This document shows, in pieces, positions 1 through 13,200 of a stretch of DNA of 64,000 nucleotides. The translations under genes and the position numbers were made by a program. Source of the DNA: Callorhinchus milii (lineage: Eukaryota); contig NW_024704743.1 of NCBI RefSeq assembly GCF_018977255.1, forward strand, positions 3,474,001-3,538,000. The letters are read 5' to 3'. The notes beneath the pieces are model-generated. The model ran no database searches. It was not told the origin of the DNA and saw only the letters and a list, made by a program, of their open reading frames with translations. The stretch's first letter is position 1. The number at the start of each line of letters is the position of its first letter.

Positions 1-585
1 TATTGACTATAAAAGGAAGTTATGTCGAACATTTACAAATGACTGCTTAGGCCTCAGCTGTTTTGTTGAGTTGTGTCCAATTCTGGGCACCACACTTTAG
101 GAAGGATGTCTGGACCTTGAGAGTGTGCAGAAAATATTTACAATAATGATACCAGAGATGAGGGACTGCAATTATATGGAGAGACTAGAGAGGCTGGGAT
201 TAATCTCCTTAGCGCAGAGATGGTTGAGGGGAGATTTGATAGAGATGTTCAAGATTATGAGGGGTTTTGATGGAGTAGATAGTGAGAAACTGTTTCCTCT
301 GGTGGGTGGGTCAGTAACCAGAGGTCACAGATTTAAGATAATTGGCAAAAGAACCAGAGGCGAGATGAGGAGAAATTGTTTTACCCAGAATTGTCACTGT
401 CTGGAATGCACTACCTGAAGGATGGTGGAAGCAGATTCGATAATAGCTCTCAAGAGGGAATTAGATAAGTATTTAATAAGGAAGCAGGGGAGTGGGACGA
501 GTTGGTAGCTCTTTCAAAGAGGCAGAGGCACAGGCACAATGGGCCAAATGGTCTCCTTCTGTTCTGTAATATTCTATGATTCTTT
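1..585 (+). mobile_element. CR1 LINE 3' end (ORF2 C-terminus and 3'UTR)
   Basis: Peptide YMERLERLGLISLAQRWLRGDLIEMFKIMRG...TRGHRFKI, ending in an ATTCTATGATTCT CR1-type tail. Confidence 0.9.
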
Positions 586-1258
586 ATATTAAACTCCGCA
601 GCCCATCATGTCAGTCCTTGCCAAAACACCGTCCTGGGTGAAGGATGCTATATAAATGCAAGTTGTTGTTGTTGCCAGGCTCCACATTACAGAACAGATC
701 AATTTCAAGATCCTCAGACTCGCATATAAATCACTTCATGCTCTGGGGCTTCCCTACCTCTCTGACCTCCTCACACCCACTCCTCTACCCATCCCTTTCA
801 CTCAGCTGGCTCTTGCCTCCTGCACGTCCCTCATGCCCTCTGCTCCACCAATGGCAGCCATGCTTTCAGCCTCTACGCCCCGAAATGCTGGAACTCTCTG
901 CCTCAATCCCTCCACCTTGCCTTCTCCTTGCCCGGCTTCAGATTATATCTGAAGACCTGTTTCTTCGATTGTGGAAACCGTCACCTCCCACCCCTCTCCT
1001 CAGCTCCACGTCGAGTTCCACCACTGTCAAGCGCTCAGAGTTTCTAGCCTGCGTGAACGGCGCTGCAAGATGTTGTTGTTGTTGCTGCTGCTGCTGCCCT
1101 TGGACATGAGGAAATACTGTACTAAGGAATAGTGAAGAATATAATTCTCTTTGAGGTTATGATCCTGCCTCTGTCCACTCACGCCTGTTATAAACACGCT
1201 GACTGTGTTACACTGTCTGTGAGGCTGTTGCTGAGGGGAATGTTGTGTTTGCTCACAG

Positions 1259-4200
1259 GACCTCCTTACGAAGGTGCAGCGTTCTTTCCCACTGATTTTG
1301 TGGCGCCCACAGATTTGGAACCACCTCCAATTGGTAAGTGCTGCGGTGGGAACCTGGCGCTCAGCGACATTCCAGCCTTTGGGAACAGACACTGCTGAGA
1401 GCGGCCAGCCAGCCTGCCTCATTACACAACCTGAGGAGCAGACGAGGCTGGGATTTTTCTCACTTGGCTCCTGTTATCTGTGCAAGCCAAGGCCCTAATG
1501 GTAGTGCTCGCTGAACAAACAGCAGACAGAGTCCCAATGTTGGGATTGGGGAGCTGGTTGTGCTGCAGCAGCAATACACTGTGGCCCTGTATGGGGGAGA
1601 GCCGAGAAGAAAGAGGGGAGGTAACTGTAGTTGCGATCAAAGAGACTGGTCTTCAAGCATGATCTGAAGATGGGCAAGGAGCAGGTAAGACGCAGGAATT
1701 GAGGGGCATAGTGGCTGAAAGCATGGCCGCTGATGGTGGAGTGGAGGGCTCGAGGGACGTGCAGGAGGAAAGAGCCATAGAGAATGGAGTGGGTAGAGGT
1801 GTGGGAATGAAAAGGTTGGAGAGGTAGGGAGGTTCCAGTGCACAAAATGATTTTCAGGAGCCATTGTCTTGTGTGATGGCCACTGGTGTGTAGGTGCTGT
1901 AACTCTGGGATTCCTCTGTAGTCAGATGGTATCTTGTGTGTGTGTACAGTGTGCCCGATGCCTGAGTTCAGGAAGCCATCGCCACTTCCAGTCCAAACCG
2001 AGCCACAACCATACATCGAGCGTCGCATAGGTAAGTGCTGCCATTGGTATCAGGGACCTGGGCCACTCAGCACTGTGCAGCCTCCACTGGAGAGTGTATG
2101 TGTGTGTGGTGATGGGGGGGTGGGGTTGGGTGGAGTGGAGAGGGATGTGGTGTAGTTGTAGGGGTTGGGGGGTGGGGAGGTGCGGGCAAGTAGTGTGGGG
2201 TGGGGATGGTGATGAGGAGGCCCAGAGCTCATTATTTCCTCTCTGTGGCCAGGATACAGAACGTGCACTATGCGGCCAGAGGACCTTATCCTACCCAGTA
2301 CGTTTGCGCTTGCTCCACCACCGAAAGGAAAGAGAAAAGACAGGCGTAAGTTCAACTAGAAATGTGTTGCATGACATAATATCTGGGCTCTTTGTCTGTC
2401 TCTGGGGCCACAGGCTGAGAACTACCTTCCAACCACACAGAGACACAGCGAGTATTGTAATGGTGAGTGTGGAATAGACAAAGTAGACAAGGAAAGGATT
2501 TTATGTTGTGGTGGCTGAAGGATCGAAGTGGAGACGAGAATACATGAGCTGCAGAGTTTTGGATGATCACAGTAATGTTCATCTATGGACTTACCTAGAT
2601 TCCTGCGAATGTTGGGGGGCATGGGGGTTCCTTTTGAGAACCATCACAGGTCACTTCCGGCCACAGGCCACAGATTGGCCACCACTTGGTACAGATTGAA
2701 GATAAGGGTGTGTACGTCAACGACAGACAGTATTCAATACTGAAAAATGAGAAGTGTTCAATTTTGTTCATTTGAAAAAATCTCAATTTACGATATTGTT
2801 CAATTCTGTCCTGACCGTGTGGCTGAGATTTACTGACTGTGATTTTTCTCAGTGGTTCTCTTTTCTCAACAGTACATCAGCAGCAGGCATGTCAGGCCAA
2901 AGGCCAAGGTCTGAGTGAACATCTGTTCCTTCCACATCCAGCGGCAATAGCGAGCCCAATGCAACCTAGAGCAAGTCCCCAACTTGGTGAGACCTGAAGT
3001 CGCTTCAGAGAAGCTTTTGCCCAGCATTGATATTGAATACTGAGAAATAGAGACATCCAGGGTCAGTGGCCAGCACTGATATTCTGTGATAAATGAGCAG
3101 GGCGGGCAGCTCAGTGGCAGATGCAGTTTAATAATGTAAAATATTACATTTTAGAGTTCAGAATACGGAAAGTAAATCCATCATAAATGATAAGCGGAGC
3201 AGAGGGACATTGGTGTGCAGATACACAGCAACAACAACAAAATTAAATGTATAGAGCGCCTATCACGTCGGGAGGACGTCCCAACGCGCTGAACAGTCAG
3301 ATGTCGGGGCCCGAGTAGGGATGGTGCAGGGGTGAGGGAAGGCAGAGAGGTGGGAGGGAGACTAAAGGCATAGTCGAAGAGAAGGAGATGGAGTTCCAGA
3401 TTGTGGAGGCAGAGAGGCTGAAAGCCCGGCCAACGATGGAAGGGTGGGTCGGGCAGGAGACATGGAGCAGGCCGGAACCTGATGAACAGAGGGAGCGGGC
3501 AGATTGGTAGGGAGTCAGCAGGTCAGAGAGGTAGGAGGGGGCAAGGCCATGGATGGCCTTAAAGATGAGGACGAGGATCTTGAACTCGATCCTCTGGGTG
3601 ATGGGGAGCCAATGGAGTCGGGCGAGGGTGGGAGTGATGGGGTCACGGAGCCTGGTGTGTGAGAGTACACGAGCTGCAGAGTTTGGATGTTCTGCAGCTT
3701 GTGAAGGGAAGAGTTGGTAAGGCCGATGAGGAAGGAGTTCCCGTAATCAAGCTTTGAGGTGATGAATGCATGAGTGGGGGTTTTGGCAGCCTGAGGGGTG
3801 AGGCAGGGGCGAAGTCTGGCAATGTTACGGAGGTGGTGGGAGGCGGTGCTGGTCATGGCGTGGATGTGGGGGAGAAAGGACAGTTCAGGGTCAATCAAGA
3901 CACCCAGGTTTCTAACTGACTTAGTGAGGTCACTGAAGGCAGTCAATGATTATCTCCTTAACTCTTCATACCAGGAAAAGCAGTCCCCAATATTGTGCCA
4001 TTCTGCTGTGATAGTAGCTCTCAGCCTGACATGTCCAGGTTTTGTCGTCACTGTTTCTGTTCTCTTGCAGAATTTCAACAGGAGGCACCTGAGGAGGAAG
4101 ATGAGTGTCCTTGTTTAGCAAGTCCAATGGCAGCATCAAGCCCAGTGCAGCCAGTCTCACAGTACGGTGAGTCCTGGAGTATGGGCCCAGAGAGGCCTCT

Positions 4201-7200
4201 GTGAGTCCATTCTTCTCCTGGCTTAACAGTCAGGGGCTGATGGGCAAAGTGTGGGGAGACTTTGAAATGGCGAGGAAAAAGGCATTGTGAGGGCCAGTGA
4301 CACTGATATTCAGTACTGAGGGACAGTGACACCCGGGGTCAGTGCCCAGCACTGATATTCTGTTTCATTACAGATTGGACAAAATTGACATACGCTACAG
4401 CTCCTCAGGCCCCAGGCACAGGGTCCTTTGAAGATGAAGAAATATTGGGAGGAGGTCCTGAATGTGGTGAGTGAGCTTCCCCTCATTTTCCACCTGAGCC
4501 TCTGCCCGGGGCCAGTGTGTGGGGTGGTGGGCAAGGAGGGGGCGAGGGCGGAGCGACAGTTTGGCATTGTGATTAGCTCAGGTTTAGAGGACCTGCTAAT
4601 GGGAGGGTAATTGGAGGTATGTGAAGGGTTGGGTGTGGTGGGAGGGTTGGGTGTGTTGGGTTAGGTGTTGAGCATTGTTGACTGTGTTGGGAAGGTTAGG
4701 GGTTAAGTGGGTTGAGGATGGTTCATTGGCTCCCCATCCCTCAGAGAATCGAGTACAAAACTCTTGTTCTCACCTTCAAAGCCCTCTACTCTCTTGCATC
4801 ACCTACCTCTCTAACCTCCTAATTGCCTGTCTGCTGGCTCAGCTCGGCAGGCACTGGCCTGCTTCAGGTCCCCCGTACTTCCTGCCCTACCCCTACCATT
4901 GGCAGTTGGGCATTCAGCATTTCTGCCCCCATTCTCTGGCACTCTATCCCCCAATCCCTCCGCCTCACCCTCTCTCTTGCCTCCTTAAAGTCCCGTCTAA
5001 AGAGCTTTTTCTTCGACCGTACTTTCGGCCAGTTACCCACCTACACCGCCCCCTGCCATCCACCTCTCCTGTCTGACTTCAAGTCCAAGTTCAGGTCCAA
5101 AAATCCCTGGCTGCCTAGCAACCTGGGATGTCTTTCCCAGTAATTTGTTGTTGTTAGGGGTTAGGTGTGTGCTGGGAGGGTTAAGGGTTAGGTGTCAAAC
5201 ACCAAAATATTCAGGTTCTCTGTTTCCAGGTTTATCCAGGATGGATATAGACGAACTGTCTCCATCAGTTCCACTGCCCTTAAGAAGAAGAATGCCTGTA
5301 CCTGGTAATAGCTGCCCTTCGCGATGAGGAAAGGCCTGCCCATTACACACACTCATTCCCATTACACACGCACACTCCCATTACTCACTCTAACTGTTGT
5401 TACACAAACTCACTCCTGTTACACACACTCAATCCCATTACTCACTCATCCTATTACACAAACTCACTCCTGTTACACACACTCACTCCCATTACTCACT
5501 CATCCTATTACACAAACTCACTCCTGTTACACACACTCACTCCCATTATTCACTCGCTCCCGTTACACACACTCACGCCCCGTTACAAACACTCACGCCC
5601 CGTTACAAACACTCACGCCCTGTTACACACGCTAAGTGCCTAGCACTGATATAACAGAATGGTGGAAGAGGCTTGAGGGGCTGAATGGGCTCCCATTCCT
5701 TTGCTGCTGTTGTGTTTTTAATAGCAGACCTGGTAAGCTACCAACACTCGGCCAGCGGACATTCAGGAAGCAGCTACTTTACAGACTCCTTAGAAGAGCC
5801 ACAAAGAAGGCCAGGAGGAGCGTGTGGTGAGTGAGCTTCTCATTATTCTCCATGTGTCACTGTGTCCTGGGGCCAGAGTTTGGGGCCGATTAGGATGGGG
5901 TTGATTAGGGCTCAAGAAGGAAAGCTTCTTGTTGGGGCAGAGGTCATGGCTGAGGAACTGAATGAGTACTCTGCATCTGTCCTCACAAAGAAGAGCATGC
6001 TGCCAAGGTCACGGTAAAGAAGGACGAGTAGAGAGATTGGATAAGATAAAAATAGATAGAGAGGAGGTACTTAACAGGATCACAGCGCTCAAAGTAGAAA
6101 TGTCACCTGGGATGCATCCTAGATTGATGAGCAAAGTAAGGATGGAAATAGCGGAGGCTCTGGCCACAATCTTTCAATCTTCCTTAGATATAGGAGTAGT
6201 GCCTGAGGACTGGATGGTTATAATAATAATCCTTGCATTTGATACAGCGCTTTTCACGTCGGGTGGACGTCCCAAAGCGCTTCACTGTAAAGTGAATTGA
6301 CTGTATATTTGTGGGCGAACGCGGCAGCCAATTGCGCACAACAATGTCGCACAAACAGTCGTAGATTGAAAATGACCAATTTATTATTGTTTTTGTTTTG
6401 GAGGGATTATTATTAGGCTCTGTGTGGAGTAAGGAAACTTGCCCAAGGTTTCGCCCTCTGCCTGGAATTGAACTCAGGTCTCTCACTTGCAAAGCGAGTG
6501 CTCTAACCACTGAGCTACAGAACTCCACAGTTGGAGTGGTTGTAAATGTTATACCCCTGTTCAAAGCAGAGGAGAGGAATAAATCTGGTAACGACAGACC
6601 AGTGAGCTTAATAGTCAGGCCCTGTCATTGTCAAGCACTCTGAGATGCTACAAACTTCTAGAGATCATAATCCGGGACAAAATTAAATTTTATTTGGATA
6701 AACATGGATTAATAAAAGACAGCCAACACGGATTTGTTAAAGGCAAATCGTGTCTCACTAACTTGATTGAGTTCTTCGTTGAATTACCGGAGAAGGTTGA
6801 TGAAGGTGGTGCAGTTGATGTTGTGTACATGAAGTTATGTGCACTCACACCTGTTACACACGCTCAGTGCCTTGCATTGATAGAATAGAATGGTGGAAGA
6901 GGCTTGAGGGGCTGAATGGGCTCCCATTCCTTTGCTGCTATTGTGTTTTTAATGGCAGACCTGGTAAGCTACCAACACCCGGCCAGCGGACATTCAGGAA
7001 GCAGCTACTTTACAGACTCCTTAGAAGAGCCACAAAGAAGGCCAGGAGGAGCGTGTGGTGAGTGAGCTTCTCATTATTCTCCATGTGTCACTGTGTCCTG
7101 TGGCCAGAGTTTGGGGCTGATTAGGATGGGGTTGATTAGGGCTCAAGAAGGAAAGCTTCTTGTTGGGGCAGAGGTCATGGCTGAGGAACTGAATGAGTAC

Positions 7201-10200
7201 TCTGCATCTGTCCTCACAAAGAAGAGCATGCTGCCAAGGTCACGGTAAAGAAGGACGAGTAGAGAGATTGGATAAGATTAAAAATAGATAGAGAGGAGTT
7301 ACTTAACAGGATCACAGCGATCAAAGTAGAAAAGTCACCTGGGATGCATCCTAGATTGATGAGCAAAGTAAGGGTGGAAATAACGGAGGCTCTGGCCACA
7401 ATCTTTCAATCCTCCTTGGATATAGGAGTAGTGCCTGAGGACTGGATGGTTGCAAATGTTACACCCCTGTTCAAAACAGAGGAGAGGAATAAATCTGGTA
7501 ACGACAGACCAGTGAGCCGAATAGTCAGGCCCTACCATTGTCAAGCGCTCTGAGACCCTAGAATCTTCTAGAGACAATAATCTCAGAAAAAATTTAATTT
7601 TATTTGGAAAAACATGGATTAATAAAGGACAGCCAACACGGATTTGTTAAAGGCAAATTGTGTCTATATCAGGGTCTTCGAGAGGGTGCAGGAAAGATTT
7701 ACAAGTATATACCAGTGATGAGGGACTTTAGTTATGGGGAGAAATTTAGAGAGGCTGGATTACTCTCCCTGGAGCAGAGAAGGTTGAGGGGAGATTTAAT
7801 AGAAGCTTTCCAAATTATGAGGGTGTTTCGAAAGAGTAGGTATGGAAAAACTGTTTCCTCTGGCGGATAGATCAGTAACCAGAGGATACAGATTTAAGAT
7901 AATTGGCAAAAGAACCGCAGCGGAGACGAGGAGAATTTATTTTATCCAGAGAATTGTTACAGTCTGGAATGCACTGCCTGAAAGGGTGTTGGAAGCAGAT
8001 TTGATAATAGCTTTCAAAAGGGAATCAGTTAGGCACTGAAAAGGAAGCAAGAGAGTGGGACTACTTGGTACCTCTTTCAAAGAGCTGGGGATGGCTGTGG
8101 ACAGAGGGTGGGTAGCCAAGGGTGGGTGGCAGAGGGTGGGGGGAAAAGGTTGGGGGCCCAGCATGCAGGGTCCACCTGGTAAGAGCCACCTTGATATTCC
8201 CATTGCCTTCGTCAATGGTCTCCTCAATACGAATGAGTGGGTGGGGGAGGGGTGTGTGTGTGGGGGCAGAGGGTGAGTGGCAGAGGTGGGGGAGCAGAGG
8301 GTGGGGGCTCAGCATGTAGGGTGGGGGATGTGGACATTAATCTGAATATTCCTGTTCTCTGTTCCCAGGGTTTCCCCAGGGGGCTCTGGTCCAACAACGT
8401 TCAGCAGCTCAGTCGCCCCCAAGAAGGCGAATGGCTGCACCTGGTAAGAGCTGCCTCAATGTTTCCATCGCCTTCCTCGCCGGTCTCCCCAGCTCAACCA
8501 CTGACCAAATCCAATTCATTCAAAACTCTGTCACCCACATCCTAACCGGTCCTAAACTCTGCACCCCCATTGCTTCAGTCCTTGCAAGGCTCCAGGTCTA
8601 TGGGATTGTTGCTGAGAGGATTATTGTGTTTGCTCGCAGGGCCTCCGTACGAAGGTGCAGCGTTCTTCCCCTCTGATTTTGTGGCGCCCACAGATCTGGA
8701 ACCACCTCCAATTGGTAAGTGCTGCGGTGGGAATCTGGCGCTCAGTGACGTTCCAACGTTTGGGAAGCAGACATTGCTGAGAGGGTCCAGCCAGCCTGCC
8801 TCGTCACAGGACCTGAGCAGCAGATGGGGCTGGGATTCTTCCCACTTGGTTCCTGTTAATCCTGCAAGCCACAGTCCTAATAGTAGTCCAAGCTAATCAA
8901 TCATTGGAGGCTCGTGGCTTGATCAGGGCGCAGCACTCTGGCTTCCGTATTCATGATGAATGTCTGGGACAGATTGTGGCTCTGTATGAAATCACAGAAT
9001 GCCGTAAAGCTAAGGGTAAACCTACTTACTTTGCGTTCATCGCAACGTAAGTGGGTTCACGTTGCGATGAACGTAAACCCTTTTATAAAGGTTTTCGACC
9101 TAGTGCCTCCTGAGGCCCTCAGGAGGAAACTGGAGCACATTGGATTACATGGCTGAATCCTGGATTTTATCTGGAATGTGTATTCCAGCTCCAAGCTCCG
9201 TGTAATGGTCGACAGTGGACTTGCTTAGCATATCCCTCTGGAAAGAGGGGTAAGGCAAGGCTATCGATTGTCACCCACCCTATTCGAGGTGTTCACCGTC
9301 AAAGACATGTTGGATAATCGAGAAGGATGGGGTATCTGCTCCAGGCCTCTCTGACAGGATTGCGGCACTTCTGTTTACGGATGATATTGTGCTGCTGGCA
9401 GACTCACCGTCTGAAACAGCAGGGAATTGCTAGTACCTACCATCCAGGTAGTGAGGGCTCAAACCAGAGCTTGTCGGATATCAAATGACCAACTGGTGAC
9501 TATCCTCCTAGGGTGTGGAGATAAGCAGGATCTCCTTGGAGCTCAACTGGTTCCAGATAAATGTATGGCAGGAAAATATCTGAATCGAGCCAACCCTCTG
9601 TGGTGGTCTCTAGTCCAGTTCCTAAGCCAGGCGGGTCTGCAGTACTCCAGTGCACAGCCAGTGTGGTTCATCAGCAGGACCTGGAATGACAGACTTGTCA
9701 CTATGGCAGGGAATCATCCCACTCAGTTCCTGTTAACTTTGCAAGCCAAAGCCCTAATACGTAGTCCTCGTTGGACAAGCAGTGGGAAAGCTTGCCGGGC
9801 AGTGCTCTCAATGGCATGCTGTATAGTCTTAGTTGGTTAAATTCCATCAGTTACTACAACACATACTCTGGGGTCCCCAAGCATTGGCTCTTGCCAATCT
9901 GCGCCTAATACTTTCCAGAATTAGGTAAGCATCCGTCCAGGAAAAGAGTTACATTCCATTCCAACAGTCTATCGCTGGGATTTCCATGTGAAGGTGGGAT
10001 GCATGGAATTCTCAGTTTGGTTTGGATACTGTTAAGCATGGCGATGGGTCATGTGGTATGTGTCAGACATCCGGCTGATCCACAAGAAAGAGATTGTTCA
10101 CACTGTAGAATCCCCAAGCTTGGCTCTTGCCAACGTGTGGCTAAATTTTCCGGGCTGGGGTGAGGAGAAGGCATTTCTCTTTCCGTCTTCATTGCCAACC

Positions 10201-13200
10201 TCCCCCATTGTCTTGAGTAATAGCCGCCGGTTGTGGATGCTGTAACTCTGGGATTCTCTGATAGTCAGACGGTGTCTTGTGTGTGTGTGTACAGTGTGCC
10301 CGATGCCTGCGTTCAGAAAGCCATCGCCACTTCCAGTCCAAGCCAAGGAACAACCGTACATCGCGGGTCGCATAGGTAAGCGCTGTCATTAATATCAGGG
10401 GCATGAGTCACTCAGCATTCTGTAGTCTCCACTCACAGTGTTGTGGTGTGGTGCTGGTTGGGGGGAGTGGGAATGTGTGGTGGGTGTTGTGGTTGGGAGG
10501 GTGAGTCCTGTAGCTTAGTGGTTAGAGCCTCACAAGCGAGAGGACCTGGATCGAGTCCCAGTTGGGGCAAAACCTTATGGCAAGTTTCCTTACTCCACAC
10601 ACCTCTGTTCACCTAGCAGTGAGTAGGAACCTAGTTGTTAGTGTAATATTGGATTGCTTTTCACTTTTCGGAGACTAATAATTCCTTCAATTTAAAAATT
10701 TAATAATAATAATAATTTGGTCACTCAATCCATGACTGTTTGTGCTGCTGCGCACAATTGGCCCTTCGCCCATAGAATACACCAAATCATTTTACAGTAT
10801 ATTCTGTGAAGCACTTTGAGACGTCTTGAAGACGTAAAAAGGCGCTATATCAAATAAATTTGATTTATTAATAATTTATTCCCTCCGTGGCCAGGATACA
10901 GAACGTGCACTATGCGGCCAGAGGACCTTATCCTACCCAGTACGTTTGTGCTTGCTCCACCACCGAAAGGAAAGAGAAAAGACAGGCGTAAGTTCAACTC
11001 ACGTGTTGTGTGAAATAGCTTCTGGGTTTTTTGTGTGTCTCTGGGACCTGGGGCCACAGGCAAGGCCAGATTAAGCTTGTGACAAATTTTGACAAATTTT
11101 GCAGAAAATTACGGGGCATTCATTGGTGCTATTGAGAGGCACATTTTACTGTTCGCTTACAGTTTTTCCATTTGGTGATAAAAACTAAACGTGAAGAAAT
11201 AACACGTCATAGATTGTTGGGAAAAAATTATTTATTGCTGCTCTCTTTTAACCAAAACTGGGTGGCTCACTTGGGGAGGAAACACTAGTGCAGGCGTGAA
11301 GGACGGAATCATCCGTTTCCATCCCGCACTACATGTGAAGGCCTGGAGATCTGCCGAACACCAGCACTGCTCTCCAAGCTTGGCAGTGCACTGACAGCGT
11401 GACTACAGGTCACCATCTCCTGCCTCTCGGGGCCGTCACCACACAAAGATACCCAGAGAGAGAAAAACACACACACAGATAGAGAGAGACATAACAACAA
11501 TAACTTATTAACAATAAAAATAAAAATAAAAATATAGCGCCCTCCATGCAGGGTAGCGCCTCAGAGTGCTTAACAGTGGTGGGGCCTGACTCTGAGCCGG
11601 TGGGTAGGGGGCCGTAAGCACGGTTGAAGAGGAAAGTTTTCAGGCAGGACTTGAAAGAGGGGAGAGAGGGGGCAAGGCGGAGGGATTGAGGGAGAGTGTT
11701 CCAGAGATTTGGGGCATAGTGGCTGAAAGCACGACCTCCGATGGTAAGGCGGAAGGTACAAGGGATGAGCGTGAGGCCGGTGCCAGTTGAGCGGAGGCGC
11801 TGGGTGGTGGATTGGGGAGTGAGGAGGTCGGAGAGGTAGGGAGGTGCCAGGGAGCCAATGGATTTGAACACGAGTGTGAGGATCTTGAAGTCGTTCGGTG
11901 ATGGAGAGCCAGGAGAGCCTGGGCCAGAACTGGTAAAATGTGGTTACGGAGTTTGGTCCAGGTCAGTATGTGGGCAGCAGAATGAGCTGGATTTTGTGAA
12001 TGATGGAGCTGGGGAGAATGGGGAGGAGAACATAAGAGGTAGGAGCAGGAGTAGGCCATTTGGCCCCTCAAGCTTGCCCGCCCATTTAATGAGATCATGG
12101 CTGATCTTCTAACCTCTTCTAACCTAATTCCATTTACCTGCCCTCTCCCCATATCCTTTAATCCCTTTAGTTTTTGAAAATCTACCGATTTCAGTCTTGA
12201 ATATATTCAATGACTGAGCATCCACAGCCTTCTGGGATAGAGAATTCCATTATTAGGTAAATTCATTACCCTCTGAGTGAAGAAATGTTTTCTCAACTCA
12301 GTTCTAAAGAGCTGATATTTAATCCTGAGACTACGACCCCTAGTTTTAGATTCTCCAATCAGGGGAAGCAGTCTCACAAAATCTACCCTGTCAAGACCCT
12401 TAAGAATCTTATAGGTTTCTAAGGAGTGCGTTGGAGTAATCCAGGCGGGAGGTGACAAACGTATGCACGAAGGTTTCGACTGCATTTGGGGTAAGGTATG
12501 GTCGGAGATGGGCAATGTGGCAGAGGTGGAAGAAGGCGGTCCTGGTCAGGGACTGGATGGGGGGGAGGAAGGACAGTTGGGGGTCGAAACGGACGCCTAG
12601 TTTGCGCACTAGTTCGATGAAACTGAAGGAGAGCCCAAGGAGCTTGAGGAGTTTAGATCTGCAGGAGACACATGCAGACAACAACAACATTTATAAAATA
12701 AATGTTCTTTGAATATTTCTTGATTTATGCCATAACTCAAAGAAATATTCGATCAAGAAAAACACGAACAACAACAAACAAGATTACATTTACAAAAGCA
12801 CCTTTCATGTCGGGAGGATGTCCCAAAGCGCTGGATAGTCAGGTGTCAGGACTCGAGCATGGGGGAGGGGTGGTGTAGGGGTGAGGGAAGGCAGAGAGGT
12901 GGGAGGGCGACCAAAGGCACGGTCGAAGAGAAGGGTCTTGAGACCGGCCTTGAAGGAGGCGAGGGAGGAAGCGAGGCGAAGGGACTGTGGGATGGAGTTC
13001 CAGAGTGTGGGGCAGAGAGGCTGAAAGCCTGGTCACCAAAGGTAGGGCGGGTCGGGCGGGAGACATGGAGCAGACCGGAGCCCGCTGAACGGAGGGAGCG
13101 GGCAAGTTGGTAGGGAGTCAGCAGGTCAGAGAGGTAGAGAGAGAGAGACACACACACACACTCACACACACAGAGAGAGATAGGTTGAGACATACACACA

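Noticed and set aside
5636..5830. Recurrent small ORF EWWKRLEGLNGLPFLC...KARRSVW (three copies)
   Set aside because: Its 5' part is a CR1 3'UTR remnant, and the rest is an alternative frame of the true phase-1 exon DLVSYQH...
6455..6528. tRNA-like sequence with A and B boxes (also at about 17550, 43050, 50840, 55150 and 56390)
   Set aside because: These are SINE heads followed by SINE body and tail, not tRNA genes.
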